Source: Planctomycetota bacterium
GTDB taxonomy: Bacteria > Planctomycetota > B15-G4
NCBI GenBank assembly: GCA_020638905.1
Contig: JACKHP010000010.1
Location: forward strand, 37,449-101,448
Direction: 5' to 3'
DNA length: 64,000 nt
How positions within the stretch are numbered: position 1 is the stretch's first letter; each line of letters starts with the position of its first letter. Position numbers and translations under genes: made by a program. The notes below the pieces were generated by a model, which saw nothing but the letters and a program-made list of their open reading frames with translations, searched no databases and was not told where the DNA came from. Below are positions 48,511 through 60,317 of the stretch, one piece after another.

Positions 48511-48683
48511 AGGCACGCCCGTCGGCCGGGGCGCCCGACGGCGCCGAGTCCCCCGTGCGCGCGACGACTCGCGATCCCGTGAGTCGCGCGAGACGGCGCG
48601 CGCGCACCGTGGATGCATCCCTGGGAACCCCGTGCGATCGCTCCGCGTGGGAGCGCGTCCGGGCCCGTCCCGGGAGTCACGCC

Positions 48684-50357
48684 ATGTGCACACGCTCGAA
48701 ACAGGTCACGTCCACCATCACGCTCACGTCGCTCGCCCTCGCGCTGTTCGCGGGAGGCACGTCCGCCCAACTCCACGTGCAACTCCACTTCGGCGAGAAC
48801 CTCGCCGTGGCCGGGGACGAGATGGGCACGTCGGTCGCGATCCTCGGCGACCTCGACGGCGACGGGAAGGGCGAGGTCGCCGTGGGCACGCCGGGCGACT
48901 CGACGAACGGTGTCGACGCGGGCGCGGTGTACGTCGCCGATGGACAGTTCGGCAACGTCCTGTACGTGATCCGCGGGACGCACGCCGGCGACCGCTGCGG
49001 CGAGTCGATCGCGAACCTCGGCGACGTCGACCTCGACGGCTTCGACGACCTGCTCGTGGGCTTCCCCGGCGAGGACTTCAACGGCAACGACACGGGACGG
49101 GCGCGCGTCTACTCCGGCGACTCGGGTCTCGTGCTCTACACGCGCATCGGTCCGCAGGCCGGCGCGCGCTTCGGTGCCGCGGTGGCCGCCGTGGGCGACA
49201 CGAACGGCGACGGACGCCCCGACTTCCTGGTCGGCGCGCCGGACTACGACGTCGCCGGACTCTCGGGACAGAGCCACGGTTACGCGGGCCTCTTCTCGGG
49301 CGCGCCGTTCGGCACGCCGATGGGCACGTTCACCGGCACCCAGTCGTTCGAGCAGCTCGGCTACGCGGTGGGTGGGGCGGGCGACGTGGACGCCGACGGC
49401 GTGGCCGACTTCGCGATCGGCGCGCCCGGCCACGACGTCCTGTTCACGTTCAACACGGGCAGGGTCACGGTCTACTCCGGCGCGACGCACGGGTTGCTCG
49501 GCTCGCACGTCGGCTCAGCCTTCGACTCGCTCGGCTTTGCGCTCGCGCCCGTGGGCGACACCGATCTCGACGGCGTCCCCGAACTGCTGGCCGGTGCGCC
49601 GGGACACGCGTCGAACCGCGGTGCGGTGCAGCTCCTCGAGGGACCGCTCCTGTCGCAGGTCTGGCAGCTCGAGGGACCGCAGCTCACGACGAACGATCGC
49701 TACGGTTCGTCGGTCTCGGGCCTCGGCGACTTCGATCGTGACGGGCACGTCGACATGCTCGTCGGCGCGCCGATGGAGGGCACGTCCTTCGGCGGACTCG
49801 TGCAGGTCGTGTCCGGCGCCGACGGACTGCCAGCGCAGTCGATCTACGGCGCCGCGGCGGGCGACGGCTTCGGCAGCGCGGTCGCGGGCGCCGACCTGAA
49901 CGGCAACGACTGGCCGGACGTGTTCGTGGGCGTCCCGCTGAGCGACGCCGAGGGCGCCGACTCGGGCTACGCGATCGCGTACGACCTGCTCACCGTCCAG
50001 CCGAACCTGCTGCTCGGCGGACCGGGCATCGCCGCGCTGAGCGTGTACGGCACTCCGCTCGTCACCGGCGGCCAGGCCGACATGGCACTCACGTTCGCGC
50101 CGCCGAGCAGTCCCGCATACCTGCTGCTGTCGCTCGAGGAGGACGTGGTGCCGTTCAAGGGCGGCTTCCTCGTGCCCGAGGTGGCGACGGCGCTCATCGT
50201 GTCGCTGGTCACCGACGCGCAGGGCGAGATCCTGATCCCTTCGCTGCCGGGCGGCGGGGGACCGCTCATCGTCTACGCGCAGTACGTGATCAAGAACGCC
50301 ATGTACCCGCTCGGCTTCGGCATGTCGAACGCGGTGGCCATCGAGTACCTGCCGTAG
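48684..50357 (+). CDS. FG-GAP repeat-containing secreted protein (integrin-alpha-like beta-propeller)
   Basis: Signal peptide; seven or more FG-GAP-like repeats with DxDGDGxxD/E calcium-binding loops (GDLDGDGKGEVAVG, GDVDLDGFDDLLVG, GDTNGDGRPDFLVGAP ...). Confidence 0.75.
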   Translation: MCTRSKQVTSTITLTSLALALFAGGTSAQLHVQLHFGENLAVAGDEMGTSVAILGDLDGDGKGEVAVGTPGDSTNGVDAGAVYVADGQFGNVLYVIRGTHAGDRCGESIANLGDVDLDGFDDLLVGFPGEDFNGNDTGRARVYSGDSGLVLYTRIGPQAGARFGAAVAAVGDTNGDGRPDFLVGAPDYDVAGLSGQSHGYAGLFSGAPFGTPMGTFTGTQSFEQLGYAVGGAGDVDADGVADFAIGAPGHDVLFTFNTGRVTVYSGATHGLLGSHVGSAFDSLGFALAPVGDTDLDGVPELLAGAPGHASNRGAVQLLEGPLLSQVWQLEGPQLTTNDRYGSSVSGLGDFDRDGHVDMLVGAPMEGTSFGGLVQVVSGADGLPAQSIYGAAAGDGFGSAVAGADLNGNDWPDVFVGVPLSDAEGADSGYAIAYDLLTVQPNLLLGGPGIAALSVYGTPLVTGGQADMALTFAPPSSPAYLLLSLEEDVVPFKGGFLVPEVATALIVSLVTDAQGEILIPSLPGGGGPLIVYAQYVIKNAMYPLGFGMSNAVAIEYLP

Positions 50358-50544
50358 TCGCAGCGACGCGGCGCGCGCGGGATGCCCCGGTCGCGCGCCG
50401 CGGCATGGGTGGGGGGATGCCACCGAGTCGGGCTGCGCGACCACGACTCGCGACGAGGCGTGGCCGCGCGGACGCCCCGAAGTCGATCCGGAGGCCTCGG
50501 TGCGGGACTGCGCGAGCGGGCGTGGAATGCGCCGAAACCGGGTC

Positions 50545-50573
50545 TTGACACCCGCCGGCCACTCCGGTGGAAT
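50545..50573 (+). promoter_or_regulatory. candidate sigma-70-type promoter TTGACA-N17-TGGAAT upstream of second FG-GAP gene
   Basis: TTGACA at 50545-50550, 17 nt spacer, TGGAAT at 50568-50573, in the 304 nt intergenic gap; conspicuous AT-richer hexamers in very GC-rich DNA. Confidence 0.3.
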
Positions 50574-50661
50574 GTCTCACGCGTCTGCGACTCAGTCTCA
50601 ATATGGGTCACTTCGAGGCGGGCGCACCGGATCGCTCCCCGTCTCCCGAAGGTTGCTCCCC

Positions 50662-52365
50662 ATGCTCGTTCGCAGTCCGTCCCCGTCCGCCGCCGGCCTC
50701 GTCCTGGCGGCCGCCCTGCTCTCGCCCGCCGCCGCCGCCGTCGAACCCGCGGGTCTCCGCCCGACCCTCGAAGTCGGTCCGCTCGTCGGCGGCCAGCACT
50801 TCTTCGTCCACATCCGCACCGCCGGCGCCTCGGTGGCCGGACTGTTCCTGTCGCTCGACGGGACGCCGACCGTGCCGGTCGGCGCGCTCAAGCCCGTCTT
50901 CGGCCTCGACGTGGCGGCCGCCACGCTGATCGTGCTGCCTTGCGACGGCAGCGGACGCGTGCTGATCGACATCCCCACGAACCCCGGCGTGTACGGGCCG
51001 TCGGGCCTGGACGTGCCGGTCTTCTTCCAGGCGGTCGCTCCGCTCGGCAACGGATTGCTCGGTGCCAGCGAGGCGCACGCGGTGCGCAGCGAGCCGACGC
51101 CGGTCCTCCCCGGCTTCCTGGTCGACGTCGCGGCGACGAACCTGCCCGTGGGGTACGACTCGATCGCCGGCGTCGAGGTGGCGCACGGGGACGTCGACCG
51201 CGACGGGAACGAAGACCTCGTCTTCTTCGGCGGCTCGCCCGGCACGACGCTCGTCACCTGGAAGGGCGACGGACAGGGCGCGTTCCACGACGCGTCGGCA
51301 GAGACCTTCCCCGGTTACCAGCCGCTGGCCTCGGGCGCGCTCCAGCTGGCGGACGTCGACGGCGACAACGACCTCGACGCACTGCTGGGTGGCGGCTTCG
51401 ACTCGAGCACCACGGTGCCCGACGAGCTGTGGCTCAATACGAACGGAGTCTTCGCACCGGCGCTCAACTTCCCGCCGGGTGACGGACAGACGCGCAGCTT
51501 CGAGGTCGCCGACCTCGATGGCGACGGACTCTCCGACCTCGTGCTCGGCGTCGGTCCCGAGACGCACCTGCCGTCGTCGGGCGGCAAGGACCGTCTCTAC
51601 TTCGCCGACGGCGCCGGCGGCTGGACGGAGTCGATCGCGTTCCGCGACGCCCCGTGGAACGACCCGAACCTGCCCACCACGGTGATCCGCAGCGGCGACC
51701 TCGACAACGACGGCTTCCTCGACCTGATCGTCGGTCGCCAGGACACCTCGTCGGTCGACGGAATCCCCGGCCAGCCCAATTCGCTGCTGCTCAACGTCGG
51801 CAACGGCAGTTTCGCCGACCAGTCGGCACTGCTGTTCTCGAACAACCCGTCCGACAACACGCAGGACGTGGCCCTGGCCGACCTCGACCTCGACGGCGAC
51901 CTCGATCTCGTCGTCGCGAACAGCCACGGCTCGGTGCCCGCGTCCCAGTCGGGCGAGTTGTTCGTGAACCAGGGCGGTGCCCAGGCCGGCACGCTCGGCT
52001 TCCTGCTCGAGGACACGACGAGCGAACTCGAGATCAGCACGCCCGCCGACTGGATCCGGCTCTCCGTCGTCACGGCGGACATGGACGCCGACGGCGACCC
52101 CGACGTGATCATGGGTGTGCACGACCTGTTCGCCGGAGCCGACCAGCTGATCTTCCTGAACCAGGGCGGCGTCCAGATGGGCGTCGCCGGATCGCTCGTG
52201 CGTCAGACCTGGTTCGATCCCGGCGACTTCATCTGCTACGGCGTCGCGGCCTTCGACGCCGACCACGACGGCGACCGCGACCTGCTCATGCTCGGCGACG
52301 GCGTCGTCTCCGGCGACCCGACCCAGGGCGAGCGCGCTCGGCTGTTCGAGAACACGACCCTCTGA
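50662..52365 (+). CDS. FG-GAP/VCBS repeat-containing secreted protein (second paralog)
   Basis: Signal peptide; repeats with DVDRDGNEDLVF, DVDGDNDLDALLGG, DLDGDGLSDLVLG, DLDNDGFLDLIVG, DLDLDGDLDLVVA, DMDADGDPDVIMG. Confidence 0.75.
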   Translation: MLVRSPSPSAAGLVLAAALLSPAAAAVEPAGLRPTLEVGPLVGGQHFFVHIRTAGASVAGLFLSLDGTPTVPVGALKPVFGLDVAAATLIVLPCDGSGRVLIDIPTNPGVYGPSGLDVPVFFQAVAPLGNGLLGASEAHAVRSEPTPVLPGFLVDVAATNLPVGYDSIAGVEVAHGDVDRDGNEDLVFFGGSPGTTLVTWKGDGQGAFHDASAETFPGYQPLASGALQLADVDGDNDLDALLGGGFDSSTTVPDELWLNTNGVFAPALNFPPGDGQTRSFEVADLDGDGLSDLVLGVGPETHLPSSGGKDRLYFADGAGGWTESIAFRDAPWNDPNLPTTVIRSGDLDNDGFLDLIVGRQDTSSVDGIPGQPNSLLLNVGNGSFADQSALLFSNNPSDNTQDVALADLDLDGDLDLVVANSHGSVPASQSGELFVNQGGAQAGTLGFLLEDTTSELEISTPADWIRLSVVTADMDADGDPDVIMGVHDLFAGADQLIFLNQGGVQMGVAGSLVRQTWFDPGDFICYGVAAFDADHDGDRDLLMLGDGVVSGDPTQGERARLFENTTL

Positions 52366-52627
52366 CCGGACCGGACGGCGGCGCCGGGAGGTGTCGTCGT
52401 CCACGAGACAACAGACCCGTCGGGGAATCCTTCGGCGGGTCGGGGGTCCGGACGAACTCGAAGGCGTCCGGGCCCCCACTTTCTCGCAGCATCCCGCGAC
52501 GCGCGACATGACGCGCGCAGGGCTCGCGCCCCGTGACGAACACGCGACCGCCCGCACCCGCGCCGGCGTGCGTCCGTCGACCACGCAATATCCGCGGCGC
52601 ACAGGCGCCGCCCGATTGGAGGACCGC

Positions 52628-54700
52628 ATGTCACGCCCCGTCCGCCTCGCGCTCGCGCTCGTCGCCGCGAGCCTGTCGTCGTCCGTCGCGTTCGCATCGA
52701 CCCGTGACGCCGCGCCGTCCCCGCGTCCGCCGTCGGGCGTCGTGTGGACGTTGCTGCCGCGCGCGGTCACGAGCTTCGGCGCCGCGGTCGACGGCGGCTG
52801 GCTGTACGTCCTCGGCGGCTACCACGGCACGCCGCACGAGTACTCGCGCGAGGGACAGTCGCGCGCGTTCTACCGCATGAGCCTGTGCGATCCGCGCGAC
52901 GTCGAGCTGCTGCCCGGCGAGGAGGGCGTGCAGGGCGCGGGCCTCGCGGCGCATCACGGACGGCTGCTGCGCGTCGGCGGACTCGCCATCGAGAACGCGC
53001 GCGGCGAACCCGAGTCGCTGCGTTCGCTCGACACGGTCGCGTTCTTCGATCCGCGCGAGAACGCGTGGACGGACGGTCCCGCGCTGCCCGAGCCGCGCTC
53101 GTCGCAGCGGCTCGCCGTGGCCGGCGACACCGCCGTGGTCGTCGGCGGCTGGACGCTCGACGGCGCGCGCTCGGACGTGTGCTGGTGCGACACGTGGCTC
53201 GCGCTCGACCTGGCCGATCCCGACGCGCGCTGGACGGTGCACGACGCGCCCTTCCGTCGGCGCGCGCTCGGGCTCGCGGCCACCGACACGCACGTCGTCG
53301 CCGTCGGCGGCATGGACGGAGAGAGCGGACAGGTCGTCTCCGAGACGTGGCTGCTCGACCTCGCCCGCGGCGAGTGGGCGCGCGGTCCCGACTTCCCCGA
53401 GGCGGGCTTCGGTGCCGCGGCCTGCGCAGCGGACGGACGCGTCTTCGCGTCGGCGCGCAGCGGCGTGGTCTACGCGCTGCGTCCGGGCGACGAAGCCTGG
53501 AGCGAGTGCGCGAAGCTCGCGTTCCCGCGCTTCTTCCACGAGCTCGCGGCCACGCCGGACGGCGAGTTGCTCGCGCTCGGCGGCATCGTCGGCATGGATC
53601 CGTCGGGGCGCCTGCGGCACGTCGAACGGGTGCGTCCCGCGCCGGCGGCCGCGTTCGTGCCGGCCGGCGGCGAGGATCCTTCCGACGCGACATGCGACGC
53701 GCGCGACGACGCCCCGGTCGACGACGCCGCTGCCGCGGAGTCCACCGCGCGCGTGCTGCTGCGCCTCGACGTCCCCACGCCGGCGCTCGCGCGCAACCGG
53801 CAGGGCGCGGCGCTCGTCGGGCGCGCGCTCTACCTCTTCGGCGGCAACCGCAGCACGGGACAGCACGACTTCGGTCCCGACGACTTCCTCTCCGAAGGTT
53901 GGCGGCTGAGTTTGGCGGACCTCTCGTGGGAGCGGCTGCCCGACTTTCCCGCGCGGCGTCAGTCGATGGTCGCGCTGTCGTCGTCCGACGGGCGTGAGCT
54001 GCGCCTGTTCGGCGGTTTCGGACACGACGGGGACGCCGCGCGCACGCAGTCCGGCGCCCAGGCCTTCGACCTCGAGCTGGGACTCTGGCGCGCGTTGCCC
54101 GAGTTGCCGGCGCCGCTCACGCAGTTCGGACTGGCCGACGTCGGCGACGCGAAATACGTCCTCGGCGGACTCGACTACGATCCCGATCGTGTCGAGGACG
54201 ACGGCTTCCGCCACGTGCGCACGGTGCTGCGCGCCGACACGGCGGCGCGCGAGCCGCGCTTCGTCGACACCGGACTCGAGCTGCCCGAGGCCCGGCGCGC
54301 GTTCGGCTGTGCGGCGCTCGACGGACGCATCTACCTCGTGGGCGGCATGGCCGGCGACTTCGCGCGCGTCGAGCCGTGTCGCGCCTTCGATCCCGCGGCG
54401 GGGACGTTCGCCGAGATCGCGTCGCCGCGCGCCGTGCGCATCTCGCCCGAGCTCGTGGCCCTCGACGGACGGCTCGCGCTGTTCGGCGGCACGTCGCGCG
54501 ACCCGCGGACCGGCGACTCGCGCTCGGATCCGTCGATCGAGGTCTACGATCCGGCCACCGACACGTGGCGCGTCGCGCTCGAGGATGCAGGACTCGATCC
54601 GCGGCACGCGCGCGCGTTCGCGCTCGACGGCCGCCTGCTGATCGTGAGCTTCATGGCGTCCGACGCGGGTGTCGCGACGATCGTGCTCGTGGACGTGTGA
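52628..54700 (+). CDS. Kelch/galactose-oxidase-type beta-propeller repeat secreted protein (two propeller units)
   Basis: Signal peptide MSRPVRLALALVAASLSSSVAFA; repeated ...GGW/GGY...LYVLGG / VVVGG / LYLFGG / YVLGG / IYLVGG / LALFGG blades. Confidence 0.7.
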   Translation: MSRPVRLALALVAASLSSSVAFASTRDAAPSPRPPSGVVWTLLPRAVTSFGAAVDGGWLYVLGGYHGTPHEYSREGQSRAFYRMSLCDPRDVELLPGEEGVQGAGLAAHHGRLLRVGGLAIENARGEPESLRSLDTVAFFDPRENAWTDGPALPEPRSSQRLAVAGDTAVVVGGWTLDGARSDVCWCDTWLALDLADPDARWTVHDAPFRRRALGLAATDTHVVAVGGMDGESGQVVSETWLLDLARGEWARGPDFPEAGFGAAACAADGRVFASARSGVVYALRPGDEAWSECAKLAFPRFFHELAATPDGELLALGGIVGMDPSGRLRHVERVRPAPAAAFVPAGGEDPSDATCDARDDAPVDDAAAAESTARVLLRLDVPTPALARNRQGAALVGRALYLFGGNRSTGQHDFGPDDFLSEGWRLSLADLSWERLPDFPARRQSMVALSSSDGRELRLFGGFGHDGDAARTQSGAQAFDLELGLWRALPELPAPLTQFGLADVGDAKYVLGGLDYDPDRVEDDGFRHVRTVLRADTAAREPRFVDTGLELPEARRAFGCAALDGRIYLVGGMAGDFARVEPCRAFDPAAGTFAEIASPRAVRISPELVALDGRLALFGGTSRDPRTGDSRSDPSIEVYDPATDTWRVALEDAGLDPRHARAFALDGRLLIVSFMASDAGVATIVLVDV

Positions 54701-54725
54701 GGTCCGCGCGCGCGGGCGCGTCGGG

Positions 54726-56762
<2,037 letters not shown>

Positions 56763-56976
56763 GGGCGATGTCTTGTGGGACGGGCGGAGGCGCGCTCAGT
56801 GTAGCGACGCGGGGGCGCGGGGCGGCGAGTCCGTACCGTCCCTCGCCGTCGCCGACTCCCAGGACGATTCGAGGGACTTCTGCCCGCGCGCGAGGGATGA
56901 TGGGCTCTCGTGGTGAGAGTGGGCAGGCAGGTGTCGGGCCCCGAGACGTCCCGCCGCCCGCGCGAGGAGTTGAGGG

Positions 56977-57378
56977 ATGAGCACGAGATGGGCTTCCGTC
57001 CGCGCGGTCGTGGCGGGCATTCTCGTCATCGTCGTCACGTCGACGGCGATCGACGTCGTCCTACAGGCCATCGGCTTCTTGCCGCCGATGAATCGGCCGC
57101 TGGACGACGCGCAGGCCCTCGTCGCCACGAGCTACCGGGTCGTCTTCGGCGTGGCGGGCGGCTGGGTCACCGCGCGGCTCGCGCCCGGCCATCCCATGCG
57201 ACACGCGCTTGCGCTCGGGGCGCTCGGCGTGGTGCTCGGAGCGGCGGCCGTCGTGGCCACCTGGGACAGCAACCTCGGTCCGCGCTGGTACGGCCTCTCG
57301 CACGTCGTCCTCGCGCTGCCCGAGGTGTGGCTCGGCGCGTGGATCGTCGAGCGCCGCTCGACGAGGACCGAGGGATGA
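56977..57378 (+). CDS. small 4-TM membrane protein, hypothetical
   Basis: 133 aa with four hydrophobic helices; good GC3 bias; no recognised family. Confidence 0.45.
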   Translation: MSTRWASVRAVVAGILVIVVTSTAIDVVLQAIGFLPPMNRPLDDAQALVATSYRVVFGVAGGWVTARLAPGHPMRHALALGALGVVLGAAAVVATWDSNLGPRWYGLSHVVLALPEVWLGAWIVERRSTRTEG

Positions 57379-57480
57379 CGCCGCGCGGCCTGGCCGTGCT
57401 CGCGCGCCCGTGCGCGCTCGCGTGAGGCCGTTCGCGCTCGCCGACCCGCCCTCGCGGAGCGCTGCGCGACGACGCGCCGC

Positions 57481-58326
57481 CTATCCCTTGTCGGGCTCGT
57501 CGAGGAAGGCCAGCGTCGAGCCGACGATGCCGAACGGCAGCAGCAGCGGGACGAAGCTCACCACGACGCCGAGCGCGATCACGAGCAGGATGTGCCGGCG
57601 GGCCCAGGCGGTTCGGCGTCCCGCGGGGTAGAGCTTGCGCGACAGGATCACGTCGACCTGGCCGAGGCCGGCGTAGTAGAAGCCGGCGGCGACGAACAGC
57701 GGCGCGCCCACGGCGGTGAAGCTCAAGGCGAAGAGCAGCGCCATCACGAGCGCCTGGCGCAGCACGAGCGAGAGCGCGGCGCGCAGCGAGCGCAGCAGGT
57801 CGCCGACGAAGGCCGACCAGGGACGTCCCGGGTCTTTGCGGCCGAAGTGCACCGACTCGACGGCCTCGCTGAGCATGTCGTAGAAGGGCGCGTTCACGAT
57901 GCTCGAGAGCAGCAGCGTGAGGAAGAAGCCGGCCAGCACCGCGACCGTCCACAGCACCACGCCGAGCAGCCAGCCGGTGGCCTCGCGCAGCCAGTCGATC
58001 CACGCGGGCCACGACTGGGACAGGTCGGGCATCCAGTCGGACGCGTAGGTCGCGAGGCCCCAGACGATGAGCGCGAAGAGCAGCGCGTTGAGCAGCAGCG
58101 GGAGGACGATCCAGCTCCACAGGCGCGGGTTGCGGGAGACGTAAGCCATGCCGCGCAGGGGCGAGGCGAGGCCGCGCGAGACGGCCGAGCCGAGGGCGCT
58201 GCCGGCGGTGGCGGGACGCGGCGCGGTGTTGCCGCAGCGTCCGCACTCGGCGGGCGGCGGCAGGGTCGCGGCGCCGCAGCGCCAGCACCGCTGCTTGCCC
58301 GGGGCGTCCGGGGACGTGTCGCTCAT
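57481..58326 (-). CDS. EI24/CysZ-like (DUF540) membrane protein with N-terminal zinc-ribbon
   Basis: Start at internal Met (MSDTSPD); CWRCG...CGRCG zinc-ribbon-like motif then multiple TM helices typical of EI24/CysZ-like proteins. Confidence 0.55.
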   Translation of the reverse strand: MSDTSPDAPGKQRCWRCGAATLPPPAECGRCGNTAPRPATAGSALGSAVSRGLASPLRGMAYVSRNPRLWSWIVLPLLLNALLFALIVWGLATYASDWMPDLSQSWPAWIDWLREATGWLLGVVLWTVAVLAGFFLTLLLSSIVNAPFYDMLSEAVESVHFGRKDPGRPWSAFVGDLLRSLRAALSLVLRQALVMALLFALSFTAVGAPLFVAAGFYYAGLGQVDVILSRKLYPAGRRTAWARRHILLVIALGVVVSFVPLLLPFGIVGSTLAFLDEPDKG

Positions 58327-58636
58327 CGTCCGGCCTCGCTCGTGCTCGATGGGGACGGGATCGGAGCCGCGTGCGCGCCGAGGAGCGCGCCCCCGTCCTG
58401 GACGCGGCGCGACGGGCGGGCCGCGCACCGCGGGGCGCCGATCCTAGCAACCCTGGACGATCGTCCGGGCACGGCGTACGTGCGGCGCCGGAGCCGAGCC
58501 GGCCGGCCCGCGGAGCCCCTGGGCGCGTGGCCCGCCGCGGCCCGGGGATGCTACCCTGGCCCGGATCGTCGGGCCGTCCGAAAGGGCGCGCCGCCGACAC
58601 CCTTCCGACCTGACTCACGCCACGCGAGTTCGAACC

Positions 58637-59809
58637 ATGGGCGCCTTCCGCGGTCTCGACTACTTCCACCTCGACGACCTCCTGACCGAAGAAGAGGTCA
58701 TGATCCGCGACATGACGCGCGACTTCGTGTCGGACGCGGTCATGCCGGTCATCGAGGACGCGTACGAGAAGGCGTACTTCCCGATGGACCTCGTGCCGAA
58801 GATCGCCGAGCTCGGCATGCTCGGCGCGAACCTGCCGACCGAGTACGGTTGCGCGGGACTGGGTCCGGTCGCGTACGGACTCATCTGCCAGGAGCTCGAG
58901 CGCGGCGACTCGGGACTGCGCTCGTTCGTGTCGGTGCAGGGCAGCCTCGTGATGTGGCCGATCTTCGCGTACGGCTCCGAAGAGCAGAAGCAGAAGTGGC
59001 TGCCGCGCATGGCGAAGGGCGAGGCCATCGGCTGCTTCGGTCTCACAGAGCCCGATCACGGCAGCGATCCCGGCGGCATGGAGACGCGCGCCACGAAGGA
59101 CGGCGACGGCTGGATCCTGAACGGCGCCAAGATGTGGATCACGAACGGCACGATCGCCGACGTGGCCGTGGTCTGGGCGCGCACCGACGAGGGCATCCAG
59201 GGCTTCCTGGTCGAGAAGGGCACCGAGGGCTTCAGCGCCCCCGAGCAGAAGCGCAAGTTCAGCCTGCGCGCGAGCGTGACGAGCGAGCTGGTGCTCGACC
59301 ACGTGCGCGTGCCCGACTCGGCGCGGCTGCCCGGCGTGAAGGGGCTGAAAGGCCCGCTGGGCTGCCTGACCCAGGCGCGCTACGGCATCGCGTGGGGCGG
59401 CGTCGGCGCGGCGATGGCCTGCTACGACGAGGTGCTGCAGTACACGAAGGAGCGCGAGCAGTTCGGGCGTCCGCTCGCGGGCTTCCAGCTCATCCAGGCC
59501 AACCTGGCCGAGATGGTGACCGAGATCACGAAGGCGCAGCTCGTCGTCTGGCGTCTCGGCAAGCTGAAAGAGGCCGGCAAGGCGCGTCCGCAGCACGTGA
59601 GCCTGGCGAAGCGCAACAACATCCACATCGCGCTGAAGATCGCGCGCATGTGCCGCGACATGCTCGGCGCGAACGGCATCACCGCCGAGTACCAGGCCAT
59701 GCGCCACATGTGCAACCTCGAGTCGGTCTACACGTACGAGGGCACGCACAACATCCACACGCTCGTGATCGGCCAGGACGTGACGGGGATCTCGGCCTTC
59801 GGCGGGTAG
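58637..59809 (+). CDS. gcdH: glutaryl-CoA dehydrogenase-like acyl-CoA dehydrogenase
   Basis: ACAD N, middle (CFGLTEPDHGSDPGGMETRA) and C-terminal domains; YTYEGTHNIHTLVIGQDVTGISAF C-terminus is characteristic of GCDH family. Confidence 0.88.
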   Translation: MGAFRGLDYFHLDDLLTEEEVMIRDMTRDFVSDAVMPVIEDAYEKAYFPMDLVPKIAELGMLGANLPTEYGCAGLGPVAYGLICQELERGDSGLRSFVSVQGSLVMWPIFAYGSEEQKQKWLPRMAKGEAIGCFGLTEPDHGSDPGGMETRATKDGDGWILNGAKMWITNGTIADVAVVWARTDEGIQGFLVEKGTEGFSAPEQKRKFSLRASVTSELVLDHVRVPDSARLPGVKGLKGPLGCLTQARYGIAWGGVGAAMACYDEVLQYTKEREQFGRPLAGFQLIQANLAEMVTEITKAQLVVWRLGKLKEAGKARPQHVSLAKRNNIHIALKIARMCRDMLGANGITAEYQAMRHMCNLESVYTYEGTHNIHTLVIGQDVTGISAFGG

Positions 59810-59904
59810 TCGCGCGGGCGGCGAGTGCCGTCCGGCATGCGTGTCGATCGAACCGGACGTCGGCCTCGATCGAGAGCAGTGTCACCGGCATCTCGGAGAG
59901 TCGC

Positions 59905-60291
59905 ATGAATCGTGTCACCGGCATCGGCGGCGTGTTCTTCAAGGCGAAGGACCCGAAGGCCCTGGCCGCGTGGTATCGCGACCATCTGGGCATGAACGTC
60001 GAAGACTGGGGCGGGGTCGCGTTCCGCTGGGTCACCGAGTCGAACCCGAGTGGAACGGGGACGACGGTCTGGAGCCCGTTCAAGGCGGACACGACGTACT
60101 TCGCGCCCAGCCAGGCCAGCTTCATGGTGAACTACCGGGTCGAGGACCTCGACGCCGTGCTGGCCGCCCTGCGCGCCGAAGGCTGCCAGGTCGACGACAA
60201 GGTCGAAGAGTCGGAGTTCGGCAGGTTCGGCTGGGTGATCGACCCGGAAGGCAACAAGGTCGAGCTCTGGCAACCGCCCGCGGGGCAGTGA
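59905..60291 (+). CDS. VOC (glyoxalase/bleomycin resistance/dioxygenase) family protein
   Basis: 128 aa; GIGGVFFKAKDPKALAAWYRDHLGM ... FGRFGWVIDPEGNKVELWQP typical VOC beta-alpha-beta-beta-beta modules. Confidence 0.7.
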   Translation: MNRVTGIGGVFFKAKDPKALAAWYRDHLGMNVEDWGGVAFRWVTESNPSGTGTTVWSPFKADTTYFAPSQASFMVNYRVEDLDAVLAALRAEGCQVDDKVEESEFGRFGWVIDPEGNKVELWQPPAGQ

Positions 60292-60317
60292 GAGTCCGCT
60301 CGACGGTGCCTCTGCCG

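Noticed and set aside
48540-48600. Possible hairpin/terminator after the S41 peptidase gene (gcgcgcgacgactcgcga...gagtcgcgcgagacggcgcgcgcgc)
   Set aside because: Inner arms do not pair cleanly on inspection (near-miss inverted repeat); left unannotated pending RNA folding.
50608-54607. Long minus-strand ORFs (50608..52770, 52631..54607) antisense to the FG-GAP and Kelch genes
   Set aside because: Plus-strand genes have signal peptides and clear repeat architecture. The minus-strand ORFs are Arg/Gly/Val-rich artefacts.
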